Shown in pieces: positions 1-10,755 of a DNA stretch of 48,424 bases. Both the position numbers and the translations under genes were made by a program. Location: the NCBI GenBank assembly GCA_049999805.1, contig JBNGIO010006293.1, positions 70,747 through 119,170 on the forward strand, in the 5' to 3' direction. The notes below the pieces were generated by a model, which saw nothing but the letters and a program-made list of their open reading frames with translations, searched no databases and had not been told where the DNA came from. Numbering within the stretch: the stretch's first letter is position 1; every line of letters begins with the position of its first letter. This stretch comes from Folioceros fuciformis. Lineage: Eukaryota.

Positions 1-563
1 TCTATATAGTATTTTAAGTCTACTTTAAGGAAGAAATTTTAATTTACAAATACATAGAGTCAGGTTCTTAGTTTACTTCAAGAATTAGGAACTAAATTAG
101 ATTTCGTAGAGGTTCAAAATTATTTTACACCTAGACAGCTCAAGCTTCATGGTCTCAAAACTTAAAAGCCAATCTTAGCAAAGCTAACTGAGTTAAAGAC
201 GTGATATGCACACCTTATTTAAGATATGGAACTAGAACCTAATATTTAGGTACGGAATTACCTGAGTGGCTTATTTTATTGTCAAATTTTAATAAAGTAT
301 CCATCTTTTGTTTCTTTCAAGGCGAAGGAGGATTTGTGCTTGATCCTTGTGCTAAGGTTTACACGCACTCCCACACTTGCATGAGGAGTCCTAACAAGGA
401 ATTGATAGCAGGAGCCAATCAAATTTGCGTCATATGTTCGAGTACGATCAGAGGTAAAATGTTTAATATGCAACACAGCCAACACTGGAGATGTCTGACC
501 CAGTTGTTATAGTTTGTGGGGCATGAGATTTTTTTGTGTGCGTCGGCTAACATTGTCGTCACT

Positions 564-2112
564 ATGACCAACGTCGTGGGATCAAATCTACTACCTTCTA
601 AAGGTAGGCAGCATGCAGCTTAACATCTTGCCGGGTAGTGGGTCGGGTACTAGCTGCAAGCCTTAGGCAGCGTGGCTACTGACCTTGCTGGATCCTTTTG
701 TTGTGTTGTGTAGCTACCGTCATCGGCATTCTGGTCGTTCCGGTCATTCTTGTTGTGACGGGAATAGTTTTCGTATTGTTCTGCCTCTGCAGACAGTGTG
801 GGCGTTTCAAGGGGCTGGCCTTTACATCTCACCAGCAGCACCCTTGGTGCAGACAGTTCACGCTCCATTCCCTCCAGGCTCGCTTCAAACACTCATGGCA
901 GCATGGGCCTCTCGTTGTACTTTCTTCCAGCTCCAAGTATTGCAGAAGGCAACAGATAATTTCTCTGCCCACAAAGAGCTTGGAAGCGGGGGATTCGGCA
1001 CCGTGTATAAGGGTTCCCTTGAGGACGGCAGGGTAGTTGCCGTCAAGAAATCTAAGCATGCAGGAAACCGGGACCTGGAACAGTTTGTGAACGAAGTTTC
1101 CATTCTGTCCCGGCTGAACCACAACAATCTGGTCCTGCTTCTGGGCTGCTGTGTCGAGATGGAGGTTCCCTCACTGGTTTACGAGTTCATCTCCAACGGC
1201 ACCCTACAGGACCACCTGAGGCAAGCTAGACAGGGTCAATCCTCTGCGCTGCACTGGACCAGAAGGCTTGCCATTGCTATCCAGACTGCCGAGGCCCTCA
1301 AGTACCTGCACGTCTTGGCCAGGCCTCCCATTTTTCACCGGGACGTCAAGTCTGCAAATATCCTGCTGGATGAAACCTTCAATGCCAAAGTTGCAGACTT
1401 CGGCCTTTCCAAACTGGTGGACAATGGTAGGACCCACATCTCCACCTACGTGAGAGGAACTCCAGGATACATTGACCCCGATTACGTCCAAAACTTGCAG
1501 GTGACTGACAACGCGGATGTCTTCAGTTTCGGGGTGGTGCTGGTGGAGCTGGTAACTGGTCAAAAACCTGTGGACATGAGCAGGGAGTTCTGCAATATCA
1601 CCGACTACTGTGTCCCTTTGATCAAACGGGGTAGGATGCGGGAGATAATTGATCCTACCCTACTCGACTGTCTCACTCCCGAGGACATGGACAGCATCCA
1701 AACAGTTGCACAGGTTGGTCATTTGGTGGCCCCTCCCCTTCCTCACCCTTCTTCCATCATGTTCATATTCACCTACCATTTGAAAACTGTCACTTCCGTT
1801 TGCACATCCTTGTAGGTGGCTGTGGCTTGTCTATCGCGCACTCGGGATAGGAGACCGTCCATGACACAAGTGGTAGCAATGCTGAATAGGGTGGGCACAT
1901 CCCATCCGAGCCCGCTTGATTTTTTCCACGACGATAACGTGTCTGAAGGAGATCTGTGTATGGTATGCAACTTCCGCAGCTGTTCCAAATTATCCAGCTC
2001 TTCATCCCTCCTTGCGACACCTGCTGGCTCTAGTCCTTCGAATTCGACCGTGGTGAATGTGGCTTGCACCACTTCCCTCTTGGCTGCAAGCTCTCCTCAT
2101 GTAATGTTATGA
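564..2112 (+). CDS. Receptor-like Ser/Thr kinase (WAK/LRK10L-like), 4 predicted exons: 564-603, 714-797, 878-1713, 1816-2112
   Basis: Kinase motifs GSGGFGTVY, VAVKK, HRDVKSANILL, DFGLSK, GTPGYIDPDY, DVFSFGVVL and RRPSM. A hydrophobic TM segment (VIGILVVPVILVVTGIVFVLFCL) lies in another frame and is joined by phase-compatible GT-AG introns 604-713, 798-877 and 1714-1815. The 5' exons are less certain than the kinase. Confidence 0.8.
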
Positions 2113-2240
2113 AAGCTCTCGCTGATACAAGATTCCTTACCAAAGACGAATTGTCCTCGAAGATACATAAATTGGTTGGTGACAAGAATATGGCGGAGTA
2201 CTTCATGTGCAAGGACGACGAGAAATTTTGTTCACCACGA

Positions 2241-2345
2241 GAGGAGGAAAAGATTAAAAGAGGGCAGAGACAGGAGGAGGAAAGGGATAGAGGATGGAAA
2301 ACCTGAGGAGGAAAAAATTAAAAGAGGGCAGAGACCGAAGGAGGA
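2241..2345. repeat. Short direct repeat (GAGGAGGAAAARATTAAAAGAGGGCAGAGAC x2) in a purine-rich, probably TE-derived intergenic region
   Basis: Near-identical copies start at 2241 and ~2305. Confidence 0.6.
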
Positions 2346-3915
2346 AAAGACCAATAGAGCGCAGAAAACTACATGAAGCAAGACTAGTAGGGGGCAAAAA
2401 AAACTAGTAGAGTGTCAAAAGACAAGCCCCAAATAAGAGGAAAAGATCAATGGAGGGCCGAAAGCCACGAGAGGGGCTAGTCTCAAAAGAACCGAAGTTG
2501 ATGACGTTGCTAGACTTGCACTAGTAGCCAACCTGTAAATCGGTTGTGCCAGAGCTCTTTACAAACATGCTCTCGAAGGAAGGCCACCACCAAAAGAGAA
2601 ACCCATAAAGTATCAAGAAGCCCTTGCACATTATACCATGGGCCTTAAGAGAAGGGGGATAAAAACGAGATTGTCTTGTAGTGAAATCTCATCATAATAG
2701 CAAAAGATGCTAATTCAGAATGCTTGAATGCACAACCCAGCTAGAAGATACGATCATTCTCCCTTCCCTAAACATGAACAAATGTGGGCACAAGAGGGAT
2801 TGGGAATGGACAAGTCCATGAGGACGACACTTTGTGCTTGCACATGCTACTTTTCCAAAAGAGAGGCGTGAAGGCCACACATCCCTGCCACTACGAAGGA
2901 GGAGAAAGGAAGCATAACTCCGTGAAAATCTAAGGATAAGAAGTCCCTAACTTGCATAAGAGAAAACCTATAAGGTGAATTCTCCGTTCTCAACCCTCAA
3001 GATGAAGCCCTTAGGAACAAGATGGAGTTCTTAACAAAGAGAGAACTTGGCTTAAAAACTAATACACCATGATTGAAGTAAAAAGAGGTTAGCTACCTAA
3101 AAATGCAGTTGGCCAACACCCCACAATGGCAAAGCCCCTGTTTTTTCCTAGCCAAAATTTTTGGTGGTACATTTGAAAGTACCAAGGCCTAAATGGTGAT
3201 CTCACAAGGTTACATTATCCAATTGTCAAAATTCCTTAGACTTGATAAGAAAGTAGAAGAATGAGCAACAGTTCTAATTAGATAACTTAACCTGTGTGCA
3301 AAGCAAGAAGGTAGAAGAATGAATACTATATGAGGGTCCTTGATTTACATAAGGTCCTCGATTTGTGTGTGGTCCTAAAGTAAGCCAAGTTTTTTCCGAG
3401 GCCATTTTAGCAAATTGCTAAACAAAATGAGAGGTTCCATTAGAACCCGAGTTGGGGACCCCAAAACTGGTAGTTTTTGCAAGGAAGTATATCTCTTTTA
3501 GGGTTTAGGGTTCCACATACTGAAAGAGGGCATGTTGCTTAAGGGTGTCTAAACTATTTGGCAAACTTGACCTAAAGTGCTTGAGGAAATAGGTTACAAG
3601 AGAAGAGATTGAATGGTCGCTTGACCCTTTTCCCTAGCTCCAAGATATGAGTGTGTCTTCAAGTGCGGATGAAAAAATGAATTTTGGGAGATTAACATTA
3701 CACCATGGCAAAGAGGGGCACTCCCTAATAAATCCTTCTATGGCTAAATGAATAGTAGAACTTGGATGAAGAATCATAGAAAGAGAAAAAAAAATGGGAT
3801 AAGGCTAACCAAGTGGCCATAGCATTCTTGCATTCTGAAAAAATGGTAACCATGGAAATTGTGATAAAAAAATTCTCCATGTCCACTTTAGGGCCACTAT
3901 ATTTGTAAATCTAAG

Positions 3916-4125
3916 TAGGGTTTAGGGCCAAGTTTGCTAAGTAGATATGTTTGTAGCCCTAAATGTAAGTAGATATAGTGAAACATAACTTGAAGGGGAG
4001 GAGTGAGAAAGCGGAGGGGTGCATAAAAAGTTGTAGCCCTGTCACCCGAAAGCAGCGCTTGGTGGCGGGAAAGGGAGCACGGCGGTTGGCTTAACCCCGG
4101 TTAGGGCTACGGAATGGCGGGAAAA
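3916..4125 (+). promoter_or_regulatory. RBR promoter: telo-box (TAGGGTTT 3916-3923) and two E2F sites (GGCGGGAAA at 4064-4072 and 4116-4124)
   Basis: Exact matches to the reverse complement of the E2F site TTTCCCGCC, about 450-500 nt upstream of the RBR ATG. Confidence 0.7.
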
Positions 4126-4572
4126 TTCCAGGCCGGCCTGCTTTCACATATCCAAGCGCATCCCATTACTGGTCCCCGCACAAATCCTGCCCTCCCGCCT
4201 GCAAACGTGCGCAGGCAGCGTCGGAATCTGCATGCTGATTTCCGTGCGCCCAGGCCATGGCAGTGTTGCTCCAGCTGTGACACATGTTCATTCCATCTCC
4301 TCTAGCAGCCCATGATGCGTGAATTGCGAGAATGCACTTTCCTTGCGTTTCAGATTCGAGTGCGGTCTCAAAACCTTGTGGAGGACTCTGCAATCTCAAT
4401 CTCTCTTGGCCCACACCGGTGGTTTGGATGGGATGTGTGAATTTGGATCAACAAGGGATACTCCATGTCGAGTGGATGGCTTTATTTTGGGCACTGCGTG
4501 CTGAATGAGTTACTTTCCTCCTGTGTCTGACGCATCTTCGTTGGCTAGGGGAGGAGGAAAGGGGAAGGGATA

Positions 4573-7500
4573 ATGGAGGAAGGGCCCGGCTCGCCTGTGG
4601 TCAGGAGGGAGGCGGGGGCTGCCACTCTGGCAGACGAGGCTGCGGAAGGTGTCCATTCCATCTCCTTGAGGCTTTTCAAGAGTCGCGGGAGAGACGCGAA
4701 CGGGGACCTCGGCCAGGAGAACCGGGACAGCACTCTGGTCATGATGAAATGTATGGAGGAGTATTTTCGCGAGTGTGAGAGGCTCGGCCTTGTGATGGAT
4801 GATGCGCTGCTTCAGCAGGCCTTGGAATTGTTCAGGAAGGTTAGGTGTCCGTTGCTCACCAATGTGGACGCCACGGAGACTAGCCGCGGGGTGGAGCGGA
4901 TCTGGGGCCCGTGCTTGCTCTACACCGTGAAGAGGTTGAGTGGCGTGGTCTCTGGTGAGGGAAAGAACGGATCTTGCTTCACCCTTTCTCAGCTTTTGCA
5001 GATCACCAGGCTGAGTGTGGTGGAATTCTACAAGGAGCTTGCGCAGTTTGTCTCCAAGGTCGGCCCCACAATGAAGACCTTGTTCGGAGAGGACTACGAG
5101 AGGAGGCTACAGATCAGGGAATCGCAGACCAACTTTGCACATCTCGGGGTGTTGTTCAGTTATTACAAGCGTGTGTACCAGGATTATTTTCTCGGGTTGG
5201 AAAGCCCTGCGCCGTCACGGCCGGGATCTAAGTTCAGTCTCCACGTGCAGTTTGGCTGGCTGCTGTTTCTGGTGCTCAGGGTCCGCGTGCTACCGCAGTT
5301 CACCGACCTGGTGACCTGCACTAATGGCCTTCTTGCTGTGATCACGACCATGATCCTGCACATGCCGCCAGCCCTGAGGAAGGTGTCTGCGGACGATTCC
5401 AGCAAGTTTGCTGTCAGGACTCCGGAAGGGGTCAATGTGATTGCCTCTTTGTGCCACCTGTACTACGCGTCTGAAAAGGATGTGTCGGACATGGTTGAGA
5501 AGGCTGGGTCCATGATATCAGACATATTGCACAGGAGCCACGGCCTGTCGATTGCCACTCGGGGTGGGCAGGTCTACGGATTCAGCACTGATGGTGTGCC
5601 CTATTTTCAGGGCTTGATGGAGGATGGGCGCTTGGCTAGCAATCTGGATTCTCTGGAAAGGGACTATGAGCTTTTCCATGAAGCTCAGGGGGAGCTGGAT
5701 GAGAGAGTTTTTATCAGGGAGGATGAGACGTTGATTGGAGCTACGTCCCTGAGTTCCTTGAGTGTCTCGGGGGTGAAACGCAAGTTTGATGCCATGTCTT
5801 CTCCACAGCATGTCACCGGAGCATCGGCAGGGACTTCTCCTCTCGGCACTCTTAACTCCCCTTGCTCATCTCCGCTGAAAGGGGAATCAGTTGCAGTTGC
5901 TTCTAGCAAGATGCCCCCTCCAACACCAGTCACCACAAGTATGACAACTGCCAAGTGGTTTCGCACTGTTATTGCTCCTCTACCCTCGGAGCCTTCTGCT
6001 GAGCTTCTGCAGGCTTTTCGATCTTGTGATCATGATGTGACCAGTGACATCCGAACCAGGGTACAAATTCTGATGGAAGGCATTTTTTCGAGCAGTGCAG
6101 CAGGAAACTGGCGAGTCTGGGGAGGAGCCAGAGGCACTGCTCTGACGGACTCTATTTGGGCAGTGCAGCGAAGGATGGAAGCAACAAAGTTATACTACAA
6201 GGTGCTGGGCGCTATGTGCAGATCTGAGGCACAGAGACAGCCCGGGAGTAATTTAACTTCTCTTCTTACCAATGAGAGATTCCACCGCTGCATGATAGCT
6301 TGCTCTGCAGAGCTTGTTCTTGCAACGCACAAAACGGTGACAATGACTTTCCATGCAGTTCTTGAGGCAACAGGTATAACTGCATTTGATTTAAGCAAAG
6401 TTATTGAGGGGTTTGTAAGGTACGAAGAGACCCTACCAAGAGAACTGAAGAGGCATTTGAACTCTTTAGAAGAACGGCTTCTGGAGAGCATGGCATGGGA
6501 GCGAGGGTCATCGATGTACAACTCCTTACTTGTGGCCAAGCCATCTTTTGCTGCAGAAATCAACAGGTTATGTTTGCTACCAGAGCCAATGCCATCATTG
6601 GATGTACCGATTGTAGGAATTTTGCAGCGACATTCAGCAGAGGGAGTAGGTGGGGAGATAGCTGCATCTCCTCCCAGGCCATCAGTGGGCTGGGGAGGGA
6701 AGGGAAGTATTGGAATTCTGGGCTCCTCAGAACAACCAGGGATGTCCAGTTTAAGATCTCCTGCGAAGGAAAGGCCATCTGCCTTTTCGGCTTTCACCTC
6801 TCCTCTCAAGGGCCGGATGCAGCCTAGCTTGCAATCTCAGTTTGCCAGCCCTCAGAGGCCCGGACCTCTGGGTGGTGGTGAAACCTGCGCAGAAATCGTG
6901 ATAAATGTCTTCTTCCAAAAGGTTCTCAAGCTTGCTGCTATCAGGATACGGAGCCTGTGCGAGCGTCTCCAGGTCGCCAATGCAATTATGGAACAGGTGT
7001 TCGGCACAATGAAACAGATGTTGCACAATGGAACAAGTGTGTTCTTCAATCGGCACATTGACCAACTCATACTTTGCTGCATCTATGGAGTCTGCAAGGT
7101 GAGCAGAGTTAATGTTACGTTTCGGGACATCATTTTCCATTATCGGAAACAGCCACAGTGCAAGCCTAATGTATTCAGGAATGTCTTCATTGACTCTCCC
7201 TCCATGAGACGAACAGGGAAAGCTTCAGGTCAGGAGGCAGGGACTGGAGATATTATCCGCTTCTACAATGAAGTGTTCGTTCCCACGGCCAAGGTCTTCC
7301 TACTGCGCCCGGGGTCTAATGGGACTTCTTCTTTGTCTACTGGAGAGAGTGCAGAAGGTTCGGGTTCTGATGGCCAGCCCCCCGAAGGAGCAGAGCCTTC
7401 CACTTTCCCAACCTTGCCTGATATGTCTCCCAAGAAGGTGTCAGCCACACACAATGTGTTCGTGTCACCGCTGCGAGCAATGAAGATGGACTTCATAATG

Positions 7501-7797
7501 TCACCTCACACTCGCAGTCTCTATGCCTGTGTGGGGGAGAGCACACATGCGTACCAAAGCCCTTCCAAAGACCTATCTGCCATCAACAGCCGACTCAACA
7601 ACAGCAGACGCCTGGATTTCGGTGACAATCCTCTGGTGAGGGAGAGGGACCCTCCTACGGCTCGTGCAGCAGCAGAAGAGTCCAGTTACCCGAGCAGCTC
7701 TCGTGGCGGTGTCAACCCCTCGGGGGTCCCTCAGCAGTCTCAGGCTACTCCTTGGACCAGCTCGAAGGGGGTTATTCCTGCTCCCAAGACTTCTTGA
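4573..7797 (+). CDS. RBR: Retinoblastoma-related protein (1074 aa), single coding exon
   Basis: RB-N region (FGWLLFL, DLVTCTNGL), pocket A (TPVTTSMTTAKW, LYYKVL, FHRCMIACSAELV, ITAFDLSKVIEGFVRYE, LLESMAW), pocket B (FFNRHIDQLILCCIYG, DIIRFYNEVF), PDMSPKKVSATHNVFVSPLR, C-terminal RRLDF and many S/T-P CDK sites. Confidence 0.97.
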   Translation: MEEGPGSPVVRREAGAATLADEAAEGVHSISLRLFKSRGRDANGDLGQENRDSTLVMMKCMEEYFRECERLGLVMDDALLQQALELFRKVRCPLLTNVDATETSRGVERIWGPCLLYTVKRLSGVVSGEGKNGSCFTLSQLLQITRLSVVEFYKELAQFVSKVGPTMKTLFGEDYERRLQIRESQTNFAHLGVLFSYYKRVYQDYFLGLESPAPSRPGSKFSLHVQFGWLLFLVLRVRVLPQFTDLVTCTNGLLAVITTMILHMPPALRKVSADDSSKFAVRTPEGVNVIASLCHLYYASEKDVSDMVEKAGSMISDILHRSHGLSIATRGGQVYGFSTDGVPYFQGLMEDGRLASNLDSLERDYELFHEAQGELDERVFIREDETLIGATSLSSLSVSGVKRKFDAMSSPQHVTGASAGTSPLGTLNSPCSSPLKGESVAVASSKMPPPTPVTTSMTTAKWFRTVIAPLPSEPSAELLQAFRSCDHDVTSDIRTRVQILMEGIFSSSAAGNWRVWGGARGTALTDSIWAVQRRMEATKLYYKVLGAMCRSEAQRQPGSNLTSLLTNERFHRCMIACSAELVLATHKTVTMTFHAVLEATGITAFDLSKVIEGFVRYEETLPRELKRHLNSLEERLLESMAWERGSSMYNSLLVAKPSFAAEINRLCLLPEPMPSLDVPIVGILQRHSAEGVGGEIAASPPRPSVGWGGKGSIGILGSSEQPGMSSLRSPAKERPSAFSAFTSPLKGRMQPSLQSQFASPQRPGPLGGGETCAEIVINVFFQKVLKLAAIRIRSLCERLQVANAIMEQVFGTMKQMLHNGTSVFFNRHIDQLILCCIYGVCKVSRVNVTFRDIIFHYRKQPQCKPNVFRNVFIDSPSMRRTGKASGQEAGTGDIIRFYNEVFVPTAKVFLLRPGSNGTSSLSTGESAEGSGSDGQPPEGAEPSTFPTLPDMSPKKVSATHNVFVSPLRAMKMDFIMSPHTRSLYACVGESTHAYQSPSKDLSAINSRLNNSRRLDFGDNPLVRERDPPTARAAAEESSYPSSSRGGVNPSGVPQQSQATPWTSSKGVIPAPKTS

Positions 7798-8209
7798 CCC
7801 GGACACAAAGCGCTCTGAACTGTCAGGCTGATCCTTTAAGCTGCAATCGAAATGCGCTGGAAGTTGTCCATCATACGGAGCTCTGGTGAGATACTGAGAC
7901 TTGACCGCAGCAGATAATAAGATATTTTAGGTATAGTGTCCCCGTATGTCGTTGTGGCCACCTCTATCACCTGGTCGGTGTCACACCAGTTTACCGTGAA
8001 AGCGCGCATGCATTTCCCACTCACTCGAGAGGGGGCCACTTACTGCGAACGACGCCGCTTTCCCTGGGTCCATGAATGAGCCACCGGCCTTTCAGCCTAC
8101 CAACCTTGGAATCTTTGGGAATTTGATCCACCACATCAGTCGGCATAACGTCCATGCAAACGAAGGAGTTCTAATAGGAAGGAGAAGAGAGTGCATAGCT
8201 ACCTAATAA

Positions 8210-8773
8210 ATGGTACTTATGCGCGCGTTTCAGGAGCTACCCAAGATGAGTTGTGGAGCCCGGTTGGTAACCTTCACGATCCTCGTGGGTCTAGCAAGCC
8301 GGAGTTTTGAGAGTTGTGGTTTTCCTGCAGCAGGGGCTCAAGAAGAATGTTCTGGGCTGGGACTGTTCTTCCCCGCGAGCCCGATGGAGAAGAATTATCT
8401 TACAAGCTGGGGGTCGGACCACACTGCGGTCCTCCTCCACCACACAGCCCTGGTGAGCATGCCGTACGAGTTCATTATGCAGAACAACTGCGACCTGGTG
8501 CTTTGCAAGGGCAGGAGACAAGTCTTGTGGCACTCCGACACGGCAGGCAACGGCCATCAGTGCTTCGCCCAGCTCCGTTCAGACGGAAATTTGGTAATCA
8601 CCAACGGCATCGGAGCCTTCAATCAGATCTGGAGCAGCGGTACAGGGCCAGGAGCTGTGTTCGGGCCTTTCGAGCTCCATCTCCGAACTACTGGTCGCGT
8701 CGACCTCCAGTATTCTTCTAACGACAACCCAGAGCTCCCCTTGCGTCTGATTACCATCTGGTCCAAGCCTTAG
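8210..8773 (+). CDS. Secreted bulb-type (GNA/B-) lectin 1; start may be ATG 8246
   Basis: Signal-like N-terminus; MQNNCDLVLC...LWHSDT...C...LRSDGNLVI...IWSSGT beta-prism motifs. Confidence 0.8.
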   Translation: MVLMRAFQELPKMSCGARLVTFTILVGLASRSFESCGFPAAGAQEECSGLGLFFPASPMEKNYLTSWGSDHTAVLLHHTALVSMPYEFIMQNNCDLVLCKGRRQVLWHSDTAGNGHQCFAQLRSDGNLVITNGIGAFNQIWSSGTGPGAVFGPFELHLRTTGRVDLQYSSNDNPELPLRLITIWSKP

Positions 8774-9283
8774 TATTTGAGAATCCAGTCCCAAACGACA
8801 AAGAAGGAAGGAAAGAAAGAAAGAGAGAGTCGAGAGATGCTTACGTAGTTGCAAAAGACGTGCGTGAGTCCCATGTACCCGAGGGACTGTCTACAGTACG
8901 CTGTGTATGTATCCTCCTCCTCCTGTAGCCAATGTTTATATGTACAGCAGTTACTACAGGTTCAGGCAAAATCTTATGCCCGTGGAGACCTGTCAACTAA
9001 TATTCGGAATTCCATGCTCCTCGAGAATCGGGACTGGAAGTATTGATGCTATGCTAGCGTCCCCTGGAAGTGTACAAAGATCACCCATCCCGTCCCATCC
9101 CATCCTCTTCCCCTCCAATGGATATATAATGGTGGTGTCGCGCCTTTGAACTAACACGAGAGAGTCTTGTGGTGTAACATTGTGATGCTTTGGCTTTCCA
9201 ACAAAGCATCACAGACACACAACATGCACACGTCGCACACAAGAACATGCACAGCAGGAGGTTTTGAATGCAGTCCTGCAAAG

Positions 9284-9790
9284 ATGAATGCCTGGAGATG
9301 TTGGGTGACGGCTATCTTGCTCGTAGCTGTGGCCCGAGCCGTGTCCGGCGACTCTTACGAATGTTCCTTTTTTGCTGGGTTGTTGTATCCTGCCGAAAGC
9401 ATTGGGCGCTACGTCTTGGCCACAGACAGCGACATGACGAGCCTCCAACCTCGCACCGCTCTCTCCAATGGTCCCTACAAGATGATCATGCAGGAAGACT
9501 GCAACCTGGTGCTTTGCAGGCTCAACTTCGAAAAAGTGTGGCAGTCTGATACCAAAAACAAGGGCAACAATTGCTTCCTGCAGCTTCAAGGCGATGGCAA
9601 CCTGACGGTCCTGGACGGCGATCATCCTTTCAAGATGCTCTGGTCGAGCGGCACCGGGAGGGGATATGATCACGGGCCTTATCAACTCATCCTGTGGAAA
9701 ACTGGAGCAATCGGCGTCTACCTCATAAGCCGTGCCCAGACCTCGGAGCCGGAGCTGGTGCAGATCTGGTCTCCTGCATCTAATACTTGA
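9284..9790 (+). CDS. Secreted bulb-type lectin 2
   Basis: Signal peptide MNAWRCWVTAILLVAVARAVSG; MQEDCNLVLC, VWQSDT, LQGDGNLTV, LWSSGT. Confidence 0.85.
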   Translation: MNAWRCWVTAILLVAVARAVSGDSYECSFFAGLLYPAESIGRYVLATDSDMTSLQPRTALSNGPYKMIMQEDCNLVLCRLNFEKVWQSDTKNKGNNCFLQLQGDGNLTVLDGDHPFKMLWSSGTGRGYDHGPYQLILWKTGAIGVYLISRAQTSEPELVQIWSPASNT

Positions 9791-10216
9791 AACCTACACG
9801 GACTGGTGACAAATTAGGACATGCCGATGATCAAATTTTCCGGCCTTGGCTTGCACTTCCTGCTTGCAACTCCCTCAGTTTAGCGCCAGGTGTGAATAGG
9901 CACTACTAAGTTTGAATAGGCAGTTGTCCATCCTCCTCTTCCATCTTCCTCAATGACACAAGCATGGGGATCCGGCATGGGGAACCTAGCTTCATGTGAT
10001 TCTCTTTCTGCTCGGAATTCTCTCCGAGAATCCGATGCAGGAATCTTTTACCACCATTCCATGGCATGGCTTGTCTGACTATAAAGACTTCATTTTATTA
10101 TGCCAGTAGCGACATCCTTCGAGAGCTGTGCCTGCACAGAGCCCCAAGTTTCTGGGTCTGCACAAAGCGTGTACCCGTCGGAAAGCTTGACTGTCTGCTG
10201 ACCTAGTCGAGCACCA

Positions 10217-10222
10217 TATAAA
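10217..10222 (+). promoter_or_regulatory. TATA box of lectin 3
   Basis: TATAAA about 85 nt upstream of ATG 10303. Confidence 0.45.
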
Positions 10223-10302
10223 CGGTTGGCAGCAATGGGAGGGCGGACTAAAAGTGTGCGCCACGTTCACCTTTGTCTATCTACAAGTACAACTCTTTCT
10301 GA

Positions 10303-10755
10303 ATGGCTTTGAGTCTACCTTTCCTGCATGTGGTGATTGGGGTCCTGCTGCTGTTCATAGTTATGGCTCCTGGAAGCCTGTCCCAGACTATAGGCGGCGG
10401 AAACATCATTCTGGTGGGCTACAAACTTCCAACAGGCCGGGCCTTGAGTCGAGGCGCCTGCACCTTCATCATGCAAAGTGACTGCAACCTTGTGCTGTAC
10501 CAGACGGACTCGGCTGGTGCGAACCGCCCTCTTTGGAGCTCCCAGACGTCTGGCAGAGGAAGCGATTGCTATCTCGTACTGCAGTCCGACGGTAATTTGG
10601 TGGTGTACACTGGATCTAACCAAGCCCAGTGGGCTAGCAGCACTCGTGCAGATCCCAACAAGGGTGCATTCTACTTCAACCTCCACGACGATTGCACTGC
10701 CGAACTCTTGTACGCTACAGATCCGCCTCAGGAGTCCTTCTGGAAAATACCGTAG
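10303..10755 (+). CDS. Secreted bulb-type mannose-binding lectin 3
   Basis: Signal peptide; two intact QxDxNxVxY sites (QSDCNLVLY, QSDGNLVVY); LWSSQT and QWASST. Confidence 0.9.
   Translation: MALSLPFLHVVIGVLLLFIVMAPGSLSQTIGGGNIILVGYKLPTGRALSRGACTFIMQSDCNLVLYQTDSAGANRPLWSSQTSGRGSDCYLVLQSDGNLVVYTGSNQAQWASSTRADPNKGAFYFNLHDDCTAELLYATDPPQESFWKIP

Noticed and set aside
591-607. Hairpin CTACCTT-CTA-AAGGTAG covering the first kinase splice donor
   Set aside because: A 7-bp stem is expected by chance and nothing else supports a regulatory role.
685-877. N-terminal part of the 376-aa ORF 685-1815
   Set aside because: It has a non-ATG start; this part is intron or a different-frame exon in the spliced kinase model.
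3496-3512. TTTAGGG telomere-like doublets (also ~17416-17431 and ~33625-33639)
   Set aside because: Only two units each; they are common interstitial telo-box motifs, not a telomere.
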